Numbered from the stretch's first letter, positions 1 to 15,301 are shown. The stretch is DNA of 64,000 bases from the human T2T-CHM13v2.0 reference genome, Homo sapiens (GCF_009914755.1 NC_060938.1); one strand, 5' to 3'. A program made the numbers and translations. Notes: generated by a model not told the origin, from the letters alone.

Positions 1-334
1 TTTTGTTTTTTAAACATAATGTGATTCTTTGTATACATATTTTATTTGCCATCCAAGTTGGTTAACTATTTTGCAACAAATAGAATAGAAAAGCAAATAT
101 TAAGGAGAGTAACATTTTTAAAATAGAAATTTAAAACTATATTATGTAATTGAAACTCCACAATTCACTGTAGCATGTTTTATTTGTATATAAGAATTCA
201 TGTTATGTCCACATGAAACTAGTTTGTTTTCAGTATGATCTAAAACCTTGTTCAAACTCAGTACCAAAAAGACATCTTGGCATACCATGAACTTCATATT
301 TATGTCTTCCCTTCCCTTTTTTCCATTTGGTTAA

Positions 335-598
<264 letters not shown>

Positions 599-767
599 TA
601 GCAATTACTGAATTATAGTAAGATAATTATTTTTAGGCTTACTTTTCTTGCATGTTTACATAAGATTGTGTAGAGAGCAAAAGGGGGATATAAACCTTAA
701 AAATAATTGTATGTAAATTAGCACTTCCTAAAAACAAGTTTTTTGTATTAAAAGAAAACTGTGTTTG

Positions 768-1091
<324 letters not shown>

Positions 1092-1110
1092 TTAAAATAA
1101 GAACTTGCAT

Positions 1111-2837
1111 TCTTTTTTTTTTTAATAGTAGTAGTTTTTTTTATTATTATACTTTAAGTTCTGGGATACATGTGCAGAATGTGCAGATTTATTACATAGG
1201 TATACACATGCCATGGTGGCATCCCACCCATCCCACCATGCATCCCACCATGCACCCATCAACCCGTCATCTACATTAGGTATTTCTCCTAATGCTATCC
1301 CTCCCCTACCCTCCGCCCCCTGACGGACCCCCTCCTTGTGTTCCCCTCCTTGTGTCCATGTGTTCTCATTGTTCAACTCCCACTTATGAGTCAGAACATG
1401 CAGTGTTTGGTTTTCTGTTCTTGTGTTAGTTTTCTGAGGATGATGGTTTCCACCTTCATCCATGTCCCCACAAAGGACATGAACTCATCCTTTTTTATGG
1501 CTGCATAGTATTCCATGTTGTATATGTGCCACATTTTCTTTATCCAGTCTATCATTGATGGGCATTTGGGTTGGTTCCAAGTCTTTGCTATTGTGAACAG
1601 TGCTGCAATAAACATACGTGTGCATGTGTCTTTATAGCAGAATGATTTATAATCCTTTGGGTATATACCCAGTAATGGGATTGCTAGGTCAAATGGTATT
1701 TCTGGTTCTGGATCCTTGAGGAATCGCCACACTGTCTTTCATAATGGTTGAACTAGTTTACAGTCCCACCAACAGTGTAAAAGCGTTCCTATTTCTCCAC
1801 ATCCTCTCCAGCATCTGTTGTTTCCTGACTTTAATGATTGCTGTTCTAACTGGCTTGAGATGGTATCTCATTGTGGTTTTGATTTGCATTTCTCTAATGA
1901 CCATTAATGATGAGCTTTTTTTCATGTTTGTCGGCCACATAAATGTCTTTTGAGAAGTGTCTGTTCATATCCTTCACCCACTTTTGGATGGGGTTGTTTG
2001 TTTTTTTCTTGTAAATTTAAGTTCCTTGTAGATTCTGGATGTCAGATGGATAGATTGCAAAAATTTTCTCCCATTCTGTAGGTTGCCTCTTCACTCTGAA
2101 AATAGTTTCTTTTGCTGTACAGAAGCTCTTTAGTTTAATTAGATCCCATTTGTCTATTTTGGCTTTTGTTGCCATTGCTTTGGTGTTTTAGTCATGAAGT
2201 CTTTGGCCATGCCTATGTCCTGAATGGTATTGCCTAGGTTTTCTTCTAGGGTTTTTATGGTTTTAGGTCTTACATTTAAGTCTTTAATCCATCTTGAGTT
2301 AATTTTTGTATAAGGTGTAAGGAAGGGGTCCAGTTTCAGTTTTCTGCATATGGGTAGCCAGTTTTCCCAACACCATTTATTAAATAGGGAATCCTTTCCC
2401 CATTGCTTGTTTTTGTCAGGTTTGTCAAAGATCAGGTGGTTGTAGATGTGTGGTGTTATTTCTGAGGCCTCTGTTCTGTTCCATTGGTCTTTATATCTGT
2501 TTTGGTACCAGTACCATGCTGTTTTGGTTACTGTAGCCTTGTAGTATAGTTTGAAGTCAGGTAGCGTGATGCCTCCAGCTTTATTTTTTTTGCTTAGGAT
2601 TGTCTTGGCTATGTGGGCTCTTTTTTGGTTCCATATGAAATTTAAAGTAGTTTTTTCTAATTCTGTAAGAAAGTCAGTGGTAGCTTGCTAGGGGTTGCAT
2701 TGAGTCTGTGAATTACTTTGGGCAGTATGGCCATTTTCACAATATTGATTCTTCCTATCCATGAGCATGGAATGTTTTTCCATTTGTTTGTGTCTTCTCT
2801 TATTTCCTTAGCAGTGGTTTGTAGTTCTCCTTGAAGA
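1111..2837 (-). mobile_element. L1PA (older, about PA7-8-like) 5'-truncated LINE-1
   Basis: L1 3'UTR and ORF2 C-terminal peptides on the minus strand (MWRFLKD...; [22 protein letters not shown]). Confidence 0.9.
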
Positions 2838-4572
2838 GAAGCCCTCCCACAGCTGGAAAACCATTGACATAGTTCTGTTTTTACTAACAGCTGTCCATCC
2901 TTTCTTTCTCTTCTCCATTTATAGCTAGACATGTGGAGTAAGCCACCTAGGTCATCTGCTTTATTTCTTTAAGACCCATCCATACTTTCCTCATTGCAGT
3001 ACTGAAATTATAGTCTTTGTGGTTGCTAATGATCATTCTAATTGCTAAATTGCTTTTCTTAAGTCTCCATGCTTTATGAATGCTACATCATTTAATACCT
3101 ATGTATACTCTTCCATTTTGATATTCTCCTCATTTTTGATCATGACTTTATACCACCCTCATGTTTCTTTCACTTTTCAGATGACTCTCTTTTCCTTTGT
3201 TGATCCCTCTTTGTTCTTTCAACTGCTTAATTTATGAGAATTCTCTAGGACTTATGTGGTTATCTTCTCGGTTTACAGTTCCTTTCCAGTGAAGTCATCC
3301 TTTTTTATTGCTTTATTTGTTGCCTTTGTATATGAGTTATTTCCAGATTTATATCTCAAAGTCTTCACCTCTTTTGCAAGCTTTAGTCCTGTGTATCTAA
3401 CAGACATTTTAAAAATAGCAAATTAATCATCTCCTGGTTAATTTTTCTTTCCCAATATCTTTGCTTTTGGCAGTGATATACCTGCTAAAAATCTTTGAGT
3501 CACTGCTCCTTCCTCCTTGATCACTAATAACAAGTAACCCAGTCCCTTTGATGACATTTAATGATTGTATATTAAAATTACTGGTTGTCAGTCTTGCACT
3601 ATACCTTTAGTGCCCTAAATCATTTAAATTCATTTTGCGGCTCTAGTGTCTCCATGGTCCAATTAATTTTGTCCACTGCTTTCAGGTTAATGTGGTTAAA
3701 TATGGAAAAGGTAAAAGGTGACAGATTTTTGCAACTAGTTGACTAGAAGAATAATAATGTCATAAACAGGGATAAGAAAGACAAGAACAGAAGCATTTAG
3801 AAGATAGGCGCTGTGGTTAAAAGAGTTTAAAGATTATCTGGAGTCAAATCTAGCCAAGGGCCAAATGCCAAACTCAGTGAGCTTGGCCCAGTATCGAATG
3901 GTAGGGTGGTGATAGATAATCCTAGTGAAATTGTATGGTATGCCATTGGAAATGAACTGAAACTTGGGAGAAAAGTCATGAGTAGGGAAGTAGCTGCATA
4001 ATACCTTCTGAACATTTTTATGGGAAGTTAATAAAATCTCTTAAAAGGATACAGCTTAACTTATTTGATTATTTTGATATGAAAATGCAGATAATATCTT
4101 TATTACAAATACCATTGAATTATTTAGTAAGCTTGGAATTTATGGGCAGAACTAGAATTGTTGTTATAAGTGAACCCCTATTATTGTATATTTCCTGAAT
4201 GAATGATGTCCTGTGAGAAATACTATACTTGTATTTAGTATACCTTAACTCCACTTGTATATAGCAATAAGCCAAACAGTAAGATGGCTCTGTCTATCAT
4301 ATGCTATTGCAGAAACTTTAAGATAGATACAAATAAATACATAATAATCTTATTTCCTGACTCTTATCAGGAAAGATTTGATATGTTTTTAATATCACAG
4401 TGACACTGGTATCTGGAGCTGATGTTTCATCTCTGGAACAGAATTATTAATATAGGTCATTTTGTGGTTGTGGAATATTTACTTAAAATCATTCATTTCA
4501 GGCATTTTGAAAGTTGGTTGTAAAATTAGCAAGACTTCAGGAGTGTAATTTGTCTTTCTGTTTCATTTTTAG

Positions 4573-4605
4573 AGTGTTCAACCAGATTCTTCTTCTCCCA
4601 GACAT
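4573..4605 (+). CDS. PCNX1: PCNX1 33-nt coding microexon B (SVQPDSSSPRH)
   Basis: tttttag| and |gtaagt; phase 0-0, joins LLK to GHNR. Confidence 0.92.
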
Positions 4606-6049
4606 GTAAGTCACTCTTAATATGGCTGTACATTATAGGTCCTTAACATTTATCATAATATTTGTGGTTTGTTTTTTGTTTTTTTGTTTTGTTTGGAATG
4701 CATCAGCCTGAACTAAAATTTATGTTATTATTTTCCTCATCTATGTTTTGACACACTACTAGAAATATAGGTGTTTTGTTAGCTTGAAATAAAATGACAT
4801 TGTACTTGTGGACTCTAAATCTTGGTTGAAAATGAGCATGATAATTCACTTTTTGATAGTCTGTTTCAGGGAGTAGACATGGTTCTTATAAACTCATGAT
4901 TATTTGTGTTTAATACATTTTGAATAATAGCTTATGAATAGGTATTGAAAATAGAATTTTGAAGTAGGAAAAACTTTATATTATTTCACTTGAGTAACCA
5001 TTAGGAGCAAGAATAAAGAAGTAATACCTGAGTCTGGTGTTAAGACCATTGAATAAAAACTTTGTTATTCACTTCGTGACTTTAGACAAAAATATTATCT
5101 GCCTAGCACTATTTATTGTGAAATGGGATCCAATTTTAGATGTAAATTGAGGTTTTAATAGAACAGAGGATATTCTATTTAAAGTAGTTCAAAAATAGAC
5201 TTCATGAATAGTTTATGATTTTTTTCCTTGAATATAATTTTTTTAATCCTTTCACTGGAATAATGAATAATGGGAATGGATGAGCAAAATAAAACAAAGA
5301 GGCAAGTGTGGTTTTTGTTTTTGACTGATTACTGTTTTGTAAGAATATTTTTGAAGTGTAATGATATATGGAAACATTGCTTTTCAACTTTTTATTTTGA
5401 CGTAATTTCAAACTTAAAGTTGGAAGGGCAGTACAAAGAATTTCAGATACTATTCATCCAGATCCCCAAGTTAACATTTATGATATTTGCTTAATCCCTT
5501 TCTAGCACATGATCATTTTTCCTTCTTTCTCTCTGCTAGCTGACATGATGCCCCTTTATCTCTAAATATCTCAGTGTGTTTCTTAGAAACAAAGATATTC
5601 CTTTATGTTAGTTAATTCAAGATAATTATCAAAATTAGAACATTAACATTGGTACAATGCTGTCTTCTAATATATAGATCTTATTCAAATAGGTTTTGCC
5701 CATTGTCTTCATTGGCAATAGAAAGTCCTTGATTATGTTTAGTCTCTTAAATCTCCTTTAATCTGGAGCAATTCTTTGGAAGCTATCTTTCATGATATTG
5801 AAATTTTTGATAGATATAGGCCAGTTATTTTATAGACCATCCCTCAATTTGAGTTTGTCTGATGTTTTTTCTTTAAAAAAATTTTTTTTTTTATTTTTCA
5901 CCCTGTCTTATGGTGCTGATGATGTTTCTGATTTGATAAGGCCGTGCTTTTTAAAGTAGGAATACTGCAAAAGTGCATCATATTAGAAAGCACATACTAA
6001 TTTATCCTGTTACTAGTGATGTTAATTTTGATCTTCTGGTTAAGGGTAT

Positions 6050-6272
6050 TGTCTTCAAGGTGTCTGAAATTTCTGCAGTATTAACATTTTGGCCAGCTAA
6101 TTCTTTGCTTGAGGGTGCGGAATGCTGTCCAATGCATTGTAGGATGTTTGGCATCCTCTACCTACAAGATGCTGGTAGCACCACTTCCCCAATTGTGACA
6201 ACAGAAATGTGTCCAGATATTCACATATGTGCACTGGGGAGCAAAACCCCCTCCCACTTTCTTAAGAACCAT
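6050..6272. mobile_element. MER20 (hAT-Charlie) DNA transposon
   Basis: Motif tgcattgtaggatgtttggcatcctctacctacaagatgctggtagcaccac...ccaattgtgacaac...aatgtgtccagatatt. Confidence 0.75.
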
Positions 6273-6961
6273 TACTCTACTGTAATGTTACTGTTTTTCT
6301 CTTACAGATAATAAATACTTAAAATAAATAAATAAATACCTCATAGAGAGATACCCTGAGATTGTATATGTGTCCTTCTCCATAAATTTCTATCCGATTG
6401 TTTTAGTATCTACTGATGTTTCTTGCCTGATTCAGTTATCATTTATTGGTTGCCAAATGGTGATTTTTCTCATCCTGTCATTCCTTCTACATTTATTAGT
6501 TGACTATTTATTAATACTATAAGGAAGAGCTTTCCCTTCTTATATATGTAGGTATGTATTGGTGTGGATAAATGGATGATTTTATTCAATGGACTATAAT
6601 GTTACTAATAGTATTTATTTTGATGCTCAAATTGTCCCTGATTTAGCCATTGGGAGTCCATCACGCAGCTTTCTGTGTCCTTTTGACATATCTCTGTCAT
6701 TCTTTAAGTACTTTCTACCTTTTTGTCACAACAATATGTTCCAGGGTCATCTTATACTTTCCCTGTTGTAGCCAGAAACCAGTCTTTTCTCTATGGAGCC
6801 CCCCCACCTTTTTTGGTAGGTAATGGTATTTATAAAGTAAGATCTAGTTGCTAGTAATCATTATTGCTAGAATCTCATTGCATCTAGGTCCTCTTAGTGG
6901 ATAAAGCTAGGAAGTGTATGTATGTATGTACATATATACACACGTATATACATATATATTA

Positions 6962-7294
<333 letters not shown>

Positions 7295-7444
7295 TCAGTC
7301 CAGTATCTCAGAGTTCATTCTGTTATTCTTCCTCCTTTCTATATTTGTTAATCCTTTCTGTGATTGTCAGAAATCTGGCTTCCATATGGAAAAAGTTTGA
7401 ATCCTTAGAATAAAGCCATCAGTGATACCAGTAGTTATTTGTGA

Positions 7445-7672
<228 letters not shown>

Positions 7673-8119
7673 TAAAGTATCTCTAATCTTAAAATTAATT
7701 TATTTGTATATCAACATTTTACTGATAAATATATCAATTATACAGCTTTAGTTTTTAATAAGCTTATTTTACTGTTATTATGTGCTCTGAGGAACAAAGT
7801 GATAGGACTATTATGAGTGAATAAAGCTAATGATGAACAAATATTATAGTAATTCTTTTGTTCTTGGAGTAGATATAATGCAGAAGATTTTTTTGGTTTT
7901 GTTATCTTAGGTTTCTATTATGTGAAAATGGTTGAAATAACTTTAAAAAGTATTGTTTATGATTGAAAAGATGTTATTTACTACCCAAGCAATTATGTTG
8001 AGAGGTATCATTTAAAATACTGTCTTTTAAAAATTGCTTAGTAGTTTATGTTAATTTGGGATTTTTAAAAATTATGACCTCTCAGTGGACACAAGAATGG
8101 ATACAGTATAATATTTTAA

Positions 8120-8320
<201 letters not shown>

Positions 8321-9996
8321 TGACCATTAAAATGCTTTTCCAGTTTTCACTTCAGGCTTGAAATTAGAAAAAAAAAAGACATTAAGTGATTGAAGACTGA
8401 GAAGCAATTAATTTGTGGATAGGAAAAAATAGTCAAGTCTGCTACTTTAGAGAAAGAGCCAGGTATAATGAAGCAGATGTTTAAGAAGTTATAAAATAAT
8501 GTCTGCAACTAAAAGTTCTAGTGAATTTACATGGAGCCTACATATACTTAAGAGGTATTCATAAAAGATCATCTATCCTGAGTAGATTGAGGTTTGATAC
8601 ATAGCATTATATTTGGATTTTAAACCAGTATGTGCATTTAGTAGGTCTTCATATTTGGTTTCAGAGCCTTGTTTTATCCTTAGAATGGTAACACCAAAAC
8701 CAGAATCTAAAAGTATTTTAGTAATAAATAAGTTTTTAAGAACTATCTCTGTTCATTGAGTAGAATATGTGGCTATGAATTGATACACTTAGAAAATCTA
8801 TTTCCATATTACCCTGGAATAGATAATGGTTTGTAGAACTTGAAAATAATCATATCAGCATACACCATGGTTAAAATATACCATTATTTAGTTTAACCAT
8901 TTAAAATTTTACTGAAAGATGAGTTTGCAACTAGAGAAAATGAAAGGGAAAGAAATTACTGTAACTTTATAGTTCATTTCTCTACACGTTTCACATTTTC
9001 AGGCCTCATTTATTTTCCAAGCATATGCATTGAAATCCTCTCTGCTGATAAAATGTCAATATTATGGCTTTCATTTTAAATAGAAACTGAGTTTTTGCTA
9101 TGTTGCTGTATATCATACTAGAGAATTTTTAATGTTTTGAAAATTTTTTGAAGGGGTATGAATTAAGACAGAACTGGTTTCATCAATCAGCATGGCTTAA
9201 TGGGTAGAAGACAGTTTGAATATTTAGGGACTATTACTGGTGTTATATTACTGTAAATACTATGGGGAGGGCTTAGTGTAGGTAATTTATGATAATGGGC
9301 TTTTGTCATACTATAATTTACAAACTTATGCAAGGTATTAGGTTTCTGATATCTCATAAGGAATTATTTCTGTAGATTTCTTTTATTATTATTAAATTAC
9401 TACTAAAGAAAATCTGTTACCCATGTTTTAAAAATAAAGTCTAGATATCTTAGCCATCCCCTATTCCTTATTACTAATAACTCCCATTGGAGTATTAGTA
9501 ATTATCTATTTCATTGTTGTTGCTATTGTTAGCAATTAGAGCTACAGTGTCTAAAGTATCTGTTATTAGATCTAAAGTATCTATTTTGTTGTTGTTATTG
9601 TTAGCAATTAGATCTACACTTTTTTTCTGAAAATTAACACATGGGCATACAGATTTACTTCTGGGGGTAACACAGGTTCTGTTTACATAGATAAATGTTT
9701 TTCAGTGAACACTTAATACATCTCCAGTTCCTGTTCAGGCCTCTGAAAACTTCATTTTTCCACATTTTTTGTTAATATAAGATATATTCTTGAAGCATAA
9801 TATAGATAAAATTTTTTCTTGCTACATATAAATGTTTATTGCTTCCAAGATGAACATATTTTATCTCGTAACAAAGACTCAGGATAGCAAATCTCTGTTC
9901 ATGTCAAAATCTTTTTGAAAGAAATAATGAAGTAACTGAATTTCTGAAATTCAGATTAGTAGATATTTAATGATAGTTGACATTATAATATTTTAA

Positions 9997-10179
<183 letters not shown>

Positions 10180-11711
10180 TAGTATGTTTTGTCTTTAAGG
10201 CTATATTTCTATATGAAGGTTGTTTTAAAATCAACTAATAATGATTTCTTCCCCTGGTATCGCTTAGCATTAATTTTCATGGTCTTCATATGTTAAACAT
10301 TATTCTCATTCTCAACTACTTTGAATTTGAAAGTAGTTTAATAGTTAACCATTACTAAAAGAAAATTATTTTTCCTGCAGTAGTCGTAGGTTAATATTAG
10401 AAACAGATTATTGAAAACTAGGCTCATCTGGTATAAGGGTAGGCATAGTAATTACAGAATATGAAATCAATTTTAAAATTCTAGTTAAGAATTTAACTAC
10501 TTTTCCTATTAGTTTTTTTAAACTTATAAAAACAAGTTCAAGGACTGCAATTTAAGATACATGCTAATAAAAAGTAATATACTGAAATTTAACGTCATTA
10601 TTGGGTTAGAAGATCTGGATGAGCCTTATGAACTTTCCTTTAAAAGATTGTCAACAAGTTGTAAACATAAAAATTTAAAAATTTTTGTAGACAGCTTTCA
10701 GCTCCTCATGCATACTTGTGGTTTATTTTTGTTTTTTGTTTGGCGACTAGTGCAAGACAATCAGAGAATGGTAGGGTTGAAAGGACTATGACAAGTGACT
10801 CACAGATCCTTCCTTGCCTCATTTAAGTAGCATTTATAGAGCATTTATGTGTACCAGGTACTATGCTAAACCATTTTCTGCTTTGAAGGAGCTTGTAGAT
10901 TAGCTATGATTAACAAGTCAGCCAGCATGTTCAAGACAGTGTAACGAAGGTTATGAAAACAGTTCTGTGGGTGTACAAATTAAGACTACTTTATTCTGCC
11001 AAAAGGGATTAAAGACAATTTTCCAGGAAGGTGATATAACCAGATTTTGAAGATCAAATAGGCATTAGCTAATTGAAACAAGAAATGAAGACCCATGGAC
11101 TTGTAAAGAAAATGTGTTGTGTAGAGGAAATGGCAAATGATTAGGAATTTCTGGAGGTTTGGGTACATGAGGAAAGATGACATCTAAGGTCATTCCTCTA
11201 AGGCTAGAAAGGTAAGCAAAGGCTGGATCATTTAGTTTTAATTTCTTCTTACCCACATTGTATGACTATATCACAGTTTACCTGCTGTGTTAGAGATGCT
11301 CATTTGAGATGTTTCTAGTTGAGGAATATTATGAATAAGCCTGCTGTGAATATCATCTTGCAAGTCTTTTTGTGGACATGTGTATTCATTTCTCTTGGGT
11401 AAATACCTAGAAATGGAATTAACAGTTTTCCAAAGTCGTTGTGCTGGACATCTTTTGGTTTTTTTAGTTTTAATTTTTATCAGAGTTGTACATTCATATA
11501 TCACAGTGTCAAATAGTTTTACAAGACTTATAGCAAGAACAGCAATCTCCTAACCTGTTTTACCTTCCTCAGACTTACTATTTTTAACTGATTCTTTTTG
11601 GCATTTACCTGTATAGATCTACCTTTCATTTCTGCTTCTTACATTTTCTGACAGCTTCAGCAGAACCTGTGGACTGCCCTTTATGAAAGTTGGAGGCTTG
11701 ACTTCCTTTCT

Positions 11712-13500
11712 TTCTTTTTTTTTAGAAGCTTGTTTAGAATGCATGTGGTCCATTTATTCCTCAGAGTATTCTAGTTTACGTGCCTAGATTAGGTTAAACC
11801 ATCCGAGAGCTGCATGTTTGGACCAGGCTGTCTGGCCACCTCTAGGGTTTCCTTGCCCACGTTTCCCTTCAGCATTATGCCTGCCATTTGCACGGAGGCA
11901 CCTTCCAAGGGTGTGTGTAAGAAAACAGCGGTCCCTTTATCATGGGGCTGTAATGTTGATGTCCTTCAATGCTTTGTTTAGTGTCCCTTCTGTAAAGACT
12001 CAATCAAGATGTTTCTTTTAAATCTTGATGACAGCCAGTTCTTGTTTGTTTTCCTAAGAAATCTAGAATGCATTTTGGTTTTGGCTTTTTGTTTTTTCCC
12101 CATATAACCAGTGTTATTTTTAAAATTTCCCTTGGCCATTAAGCAGCTCAAAGCCAAATTCCCTGCTTACGTCCAGGAATTTATGGCTTTTGTCTCCCAT
12201 ATCCCTTCCCTCATCATCATAAATGAGGTCCTGAGCAGGATGATGGTTATAAGGATATTTTGCCTTATACTAATTCAAATTCATTAAGTTATCCATTTGT
12301 TTCTGAGATTTCTTTTTTTTACATTTGTGTTATGTTTAACAACATTATTAAAGAATAGTAACAGTTCAGAAAAAGGTTGTTAATTTAAACTTTCTGCAAA
12401 CATCACTGAAAACTTCACCAAGTATACAAGACTTTTTTCTTAGCCAGAAGCCCTTCCACCAAAACTCTAAGCACACCCAAAATCACTGTGCCCAAGAGCC
12501 CTGGGTGTCTGGTGAGCTGCTACACTGCACATGTACATATCTGCGAATTAAAATGTGCAAATGTGCAAATATGCAAATGGAGAAGGGGCATTTCCTGACC
12601 AGTCAAGGGAAGCTCCCTGGAAGTGTCTGTCCCTGACTCATCTACATTCTTATACCTCAAATCCAACATCCCTTCCTAGCACTTGGTGTGGGGGACCCCA
12701 GGCCAAGTGCTGGGACAGGTGTGCAGGTACAAGGCTGAGTGGGCAAATCATCCCTCAAAGCCCAGCAAGGTGCCCAGTGCACCAACAGCATAATGCACCT
12801 GAAAACAAGGTCCAGAAGCCCTGGCACAGGACCTTCCTTCCTGCCCTCCCATTCTCCCGTCAGACCAAACAAAGAGGACAGCAGCACCTAGGGCCCCACA
12901 GGACAGCACACAAGAATGCCCCAACTTCAACAACCTCCTGAGACAGAAGGGGACTCAGTCTAATCCTGCACAATAGACTTAGGCAGCCCAGCTCTGCAGC
13001 TCAACAGCTCTGTGGGTGGGACGTCTCTCACCGTCAGTAGGTCCTGCTCACGTCTGTACATGAGCCCCAGAGCTAAGTGGCCTTTGGCCTTGAACTCTGA
13101 TGTTTTCTCTCTCACATCAACGACATTTTTGGGAAACTTCTCAGCCTCTTCCTACCAGTGCAGGGAGCCCATGCATAGCTTGGCAGCGAGGAGAGGGATG
13201 GTGGCATCGTCTGGCTTCAGGTAGACACACTGTTTCAGCACTTTCACAGCACGAGCAGATTTTCCAGCAGCCATCAGGGACAGAGCAAACTGGTACCACA
13301 GGCGGAACTCCCCAAAGGCAAACTTCATGGCTCTTTCTAGGCACTGTGGTTCATTGTCTCATGCCAAGAAAGAATTCAAGACACGGACACACACAAGGAG
13401 TGGGTTTAAGAGTGGAAAGATTAATAGACAAAGAAGAAGAGAGAGAGAGAGAAAGTTTCCTCATGCTGAGAAAGCAGGTCGCTCAAGAGAGGGTCTCCCA
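11712..13500 (-). pseudogene. Processed retrocopy of an internal TTC7B transcript (LTR-like 5' leader + TPR-coding segment + non-coding 3' segment + poly(A))
   Basis: Minus strand 13343-13032 translates [69 protein letters not shown]...EKTSEFKAKGHLALGL, recognised as TTC7B. In-frame TAG at 13154-13152. AATAAA at 11758-11753, A-tail 11723-11712. 19-bp TSD GAGGCTTGACTT(C/A)CTTTCT at 11693-11711 and 13501-13519. Confidence 0.9.
13344..13500 (-). mobile_element. ERV1-class LTR fragment (R/U5-like) forming the 5' end of the retrocopy
   Basis: Minus strand ...ctattaatctttccactcttaaacccactccttgtgtgtgtccgtgtcttgaattctttcttggcatgagacaatgaaccacag resembles 3' ends of MER4-group LTRs; family not determined. 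Confidence 0.55.
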
Positions 13501-14738
13501 GAGGCTTGACTTACTTTCTCTCACCCCAGCCTGCACTACACATGTAGCCTCTCTTGTCTCCCTCATATACCTGATGTGTTTGCTTTATTATCACTGTGTA
13601 AATGCTCTTCCTTCATATCTTTTGTTTTCTCCTATACTTTGCTTTCATATGTATTTATCTCCCTTTCATTCTCAAGCTCTTAAGATATTAACTTTCTTTT
13701 CAGTACATTCAAACATGTCAAGAGTTCACTTTCTGGCTCTGCCACTTAACTGGACAAATTACTTAAACCCTCTTCTGTGCCTTAGTTTTCTCATCTATAA
13801 ATTGGGGGGTAATAGTACATATTTTCAAGGTTATTGTAAAAATTATTTGGGAAATACAAAGATCTAAGGATGCAGCTCTACACAGTGTTCAATATGATGA
13901 TAAGGTTTTGATGTAGCTATTAAAAAAATAAAATGTCTGTGTTATGATGTGAAACAATTCCCAAGTCTACTTTTAAGTGGAAAAAAGGCAAGTTGTATTA
14001 AAAACTGCCGTTTGGGTCCCCACTCCTACCATGTTTCCTTTCTGAATCTCCAGAGAACAATGAAGGATTAGAGTATTGTCTGCCTCACAGGACATACTTA
14101 AGAACTGTTACCTGTTCCAGTTAGTGTATTGCCCATTCTCTGCCAGGTATCATGCTGATAGACTCCAGAGATGCTACAATGAGCAGAGCTCATACGGAGT
14201 GACCACGTGTGGTTGGCTTTGGAAGATAGCCTTTGTAGTATTTCCTTCTGGGTATATGCAGTCATTCATTCAAAAAACAGTTACTGAATGCCTGCTCAGT
14301 GCTGTGGAGGACATAGTAGTTTATTACATGGGCAAAGGCATCAAGAAAGTAACACACCAAATGTCAGACTTTTCTTTTGCCTAATATATCATGTGTTGTC
14401 TTTTCCTACTCTTATTATTGTATCTAAAATTTACTATGCCAAGATATCTTATTCTTCCAAAAGGAACACAGTTTACCACAAACAATAGCACTTAAAATGT
14501 GAAAGAATTGATAGCCTCATGCATCAAAAGCAAATTATTCCTCATGTATGAGTAGAGCTTTAGTGCCCTCCCCCCAAAAACATCTGTAGCTTTAGTACCA
14601 AAGACATTTAGTGGCCAGATTCTAACTCATCAGAAAGTAATAAATCTAAATTTTTCTGGAATAAAATGCAATTAATAACGTGGCTAAAAACTTTTGTTGA
14701 ATTTAAGTTCGTTGTCTTTTTCCAAAATACGTACATAA

Positions 14739-14912
<174 letters not shown>

Positions 14913-15301
14913 TAAGTGAACTCAATTGTTATTGAATTAAAAGAAATTTAAGTAAGTTGGTGTTTTTTTCAAATACCTTTGAAGATCTCTTTTTCCCAAT
15001 GCCTTTCCAAAGTGCTTTGGCCTAATCTATATTAAGTTTCAAAATATAATAATTTTGGGTTATTCAAATCAGGTTGGCTGAGAATATTAGTGTTTTCCTT
15101 CCCAATTATTGAAACTATGTTTTAATAAAAATATTTTCACTGTATGCTTATTTATGGTATCCTAAACATTTTAGAATTTCTCATTTGGTAATGATTAAAT
15201 ATACTCGAATCATTTGGTTTTCTATCATAAACTTCATTGCCCGTTTGAATTACTGGTTTTCAGATTATCTATGTATTTTCTGTTTTTTTTTCTTCACATA
15301 A

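Noticed and set aside
2990-3800. Possible L2/MIR remnants
   Set aside because: Too diverged to set boundaries or a family without a search.
9503-9618. About 40-bp direct repeat pair resembling a repeat-spacer unit
   Set aside because: Only two imperfect copies; ordinary local duplication in eukaryotic intron, not CRISPR.
13100-13867. 255-aa plus-strand ORF
   Set aside because: It is the antisense of the TTC7B retrocopy plus LTR and flanking repeats, has a non-ATG start and resembles no protein I recognise.
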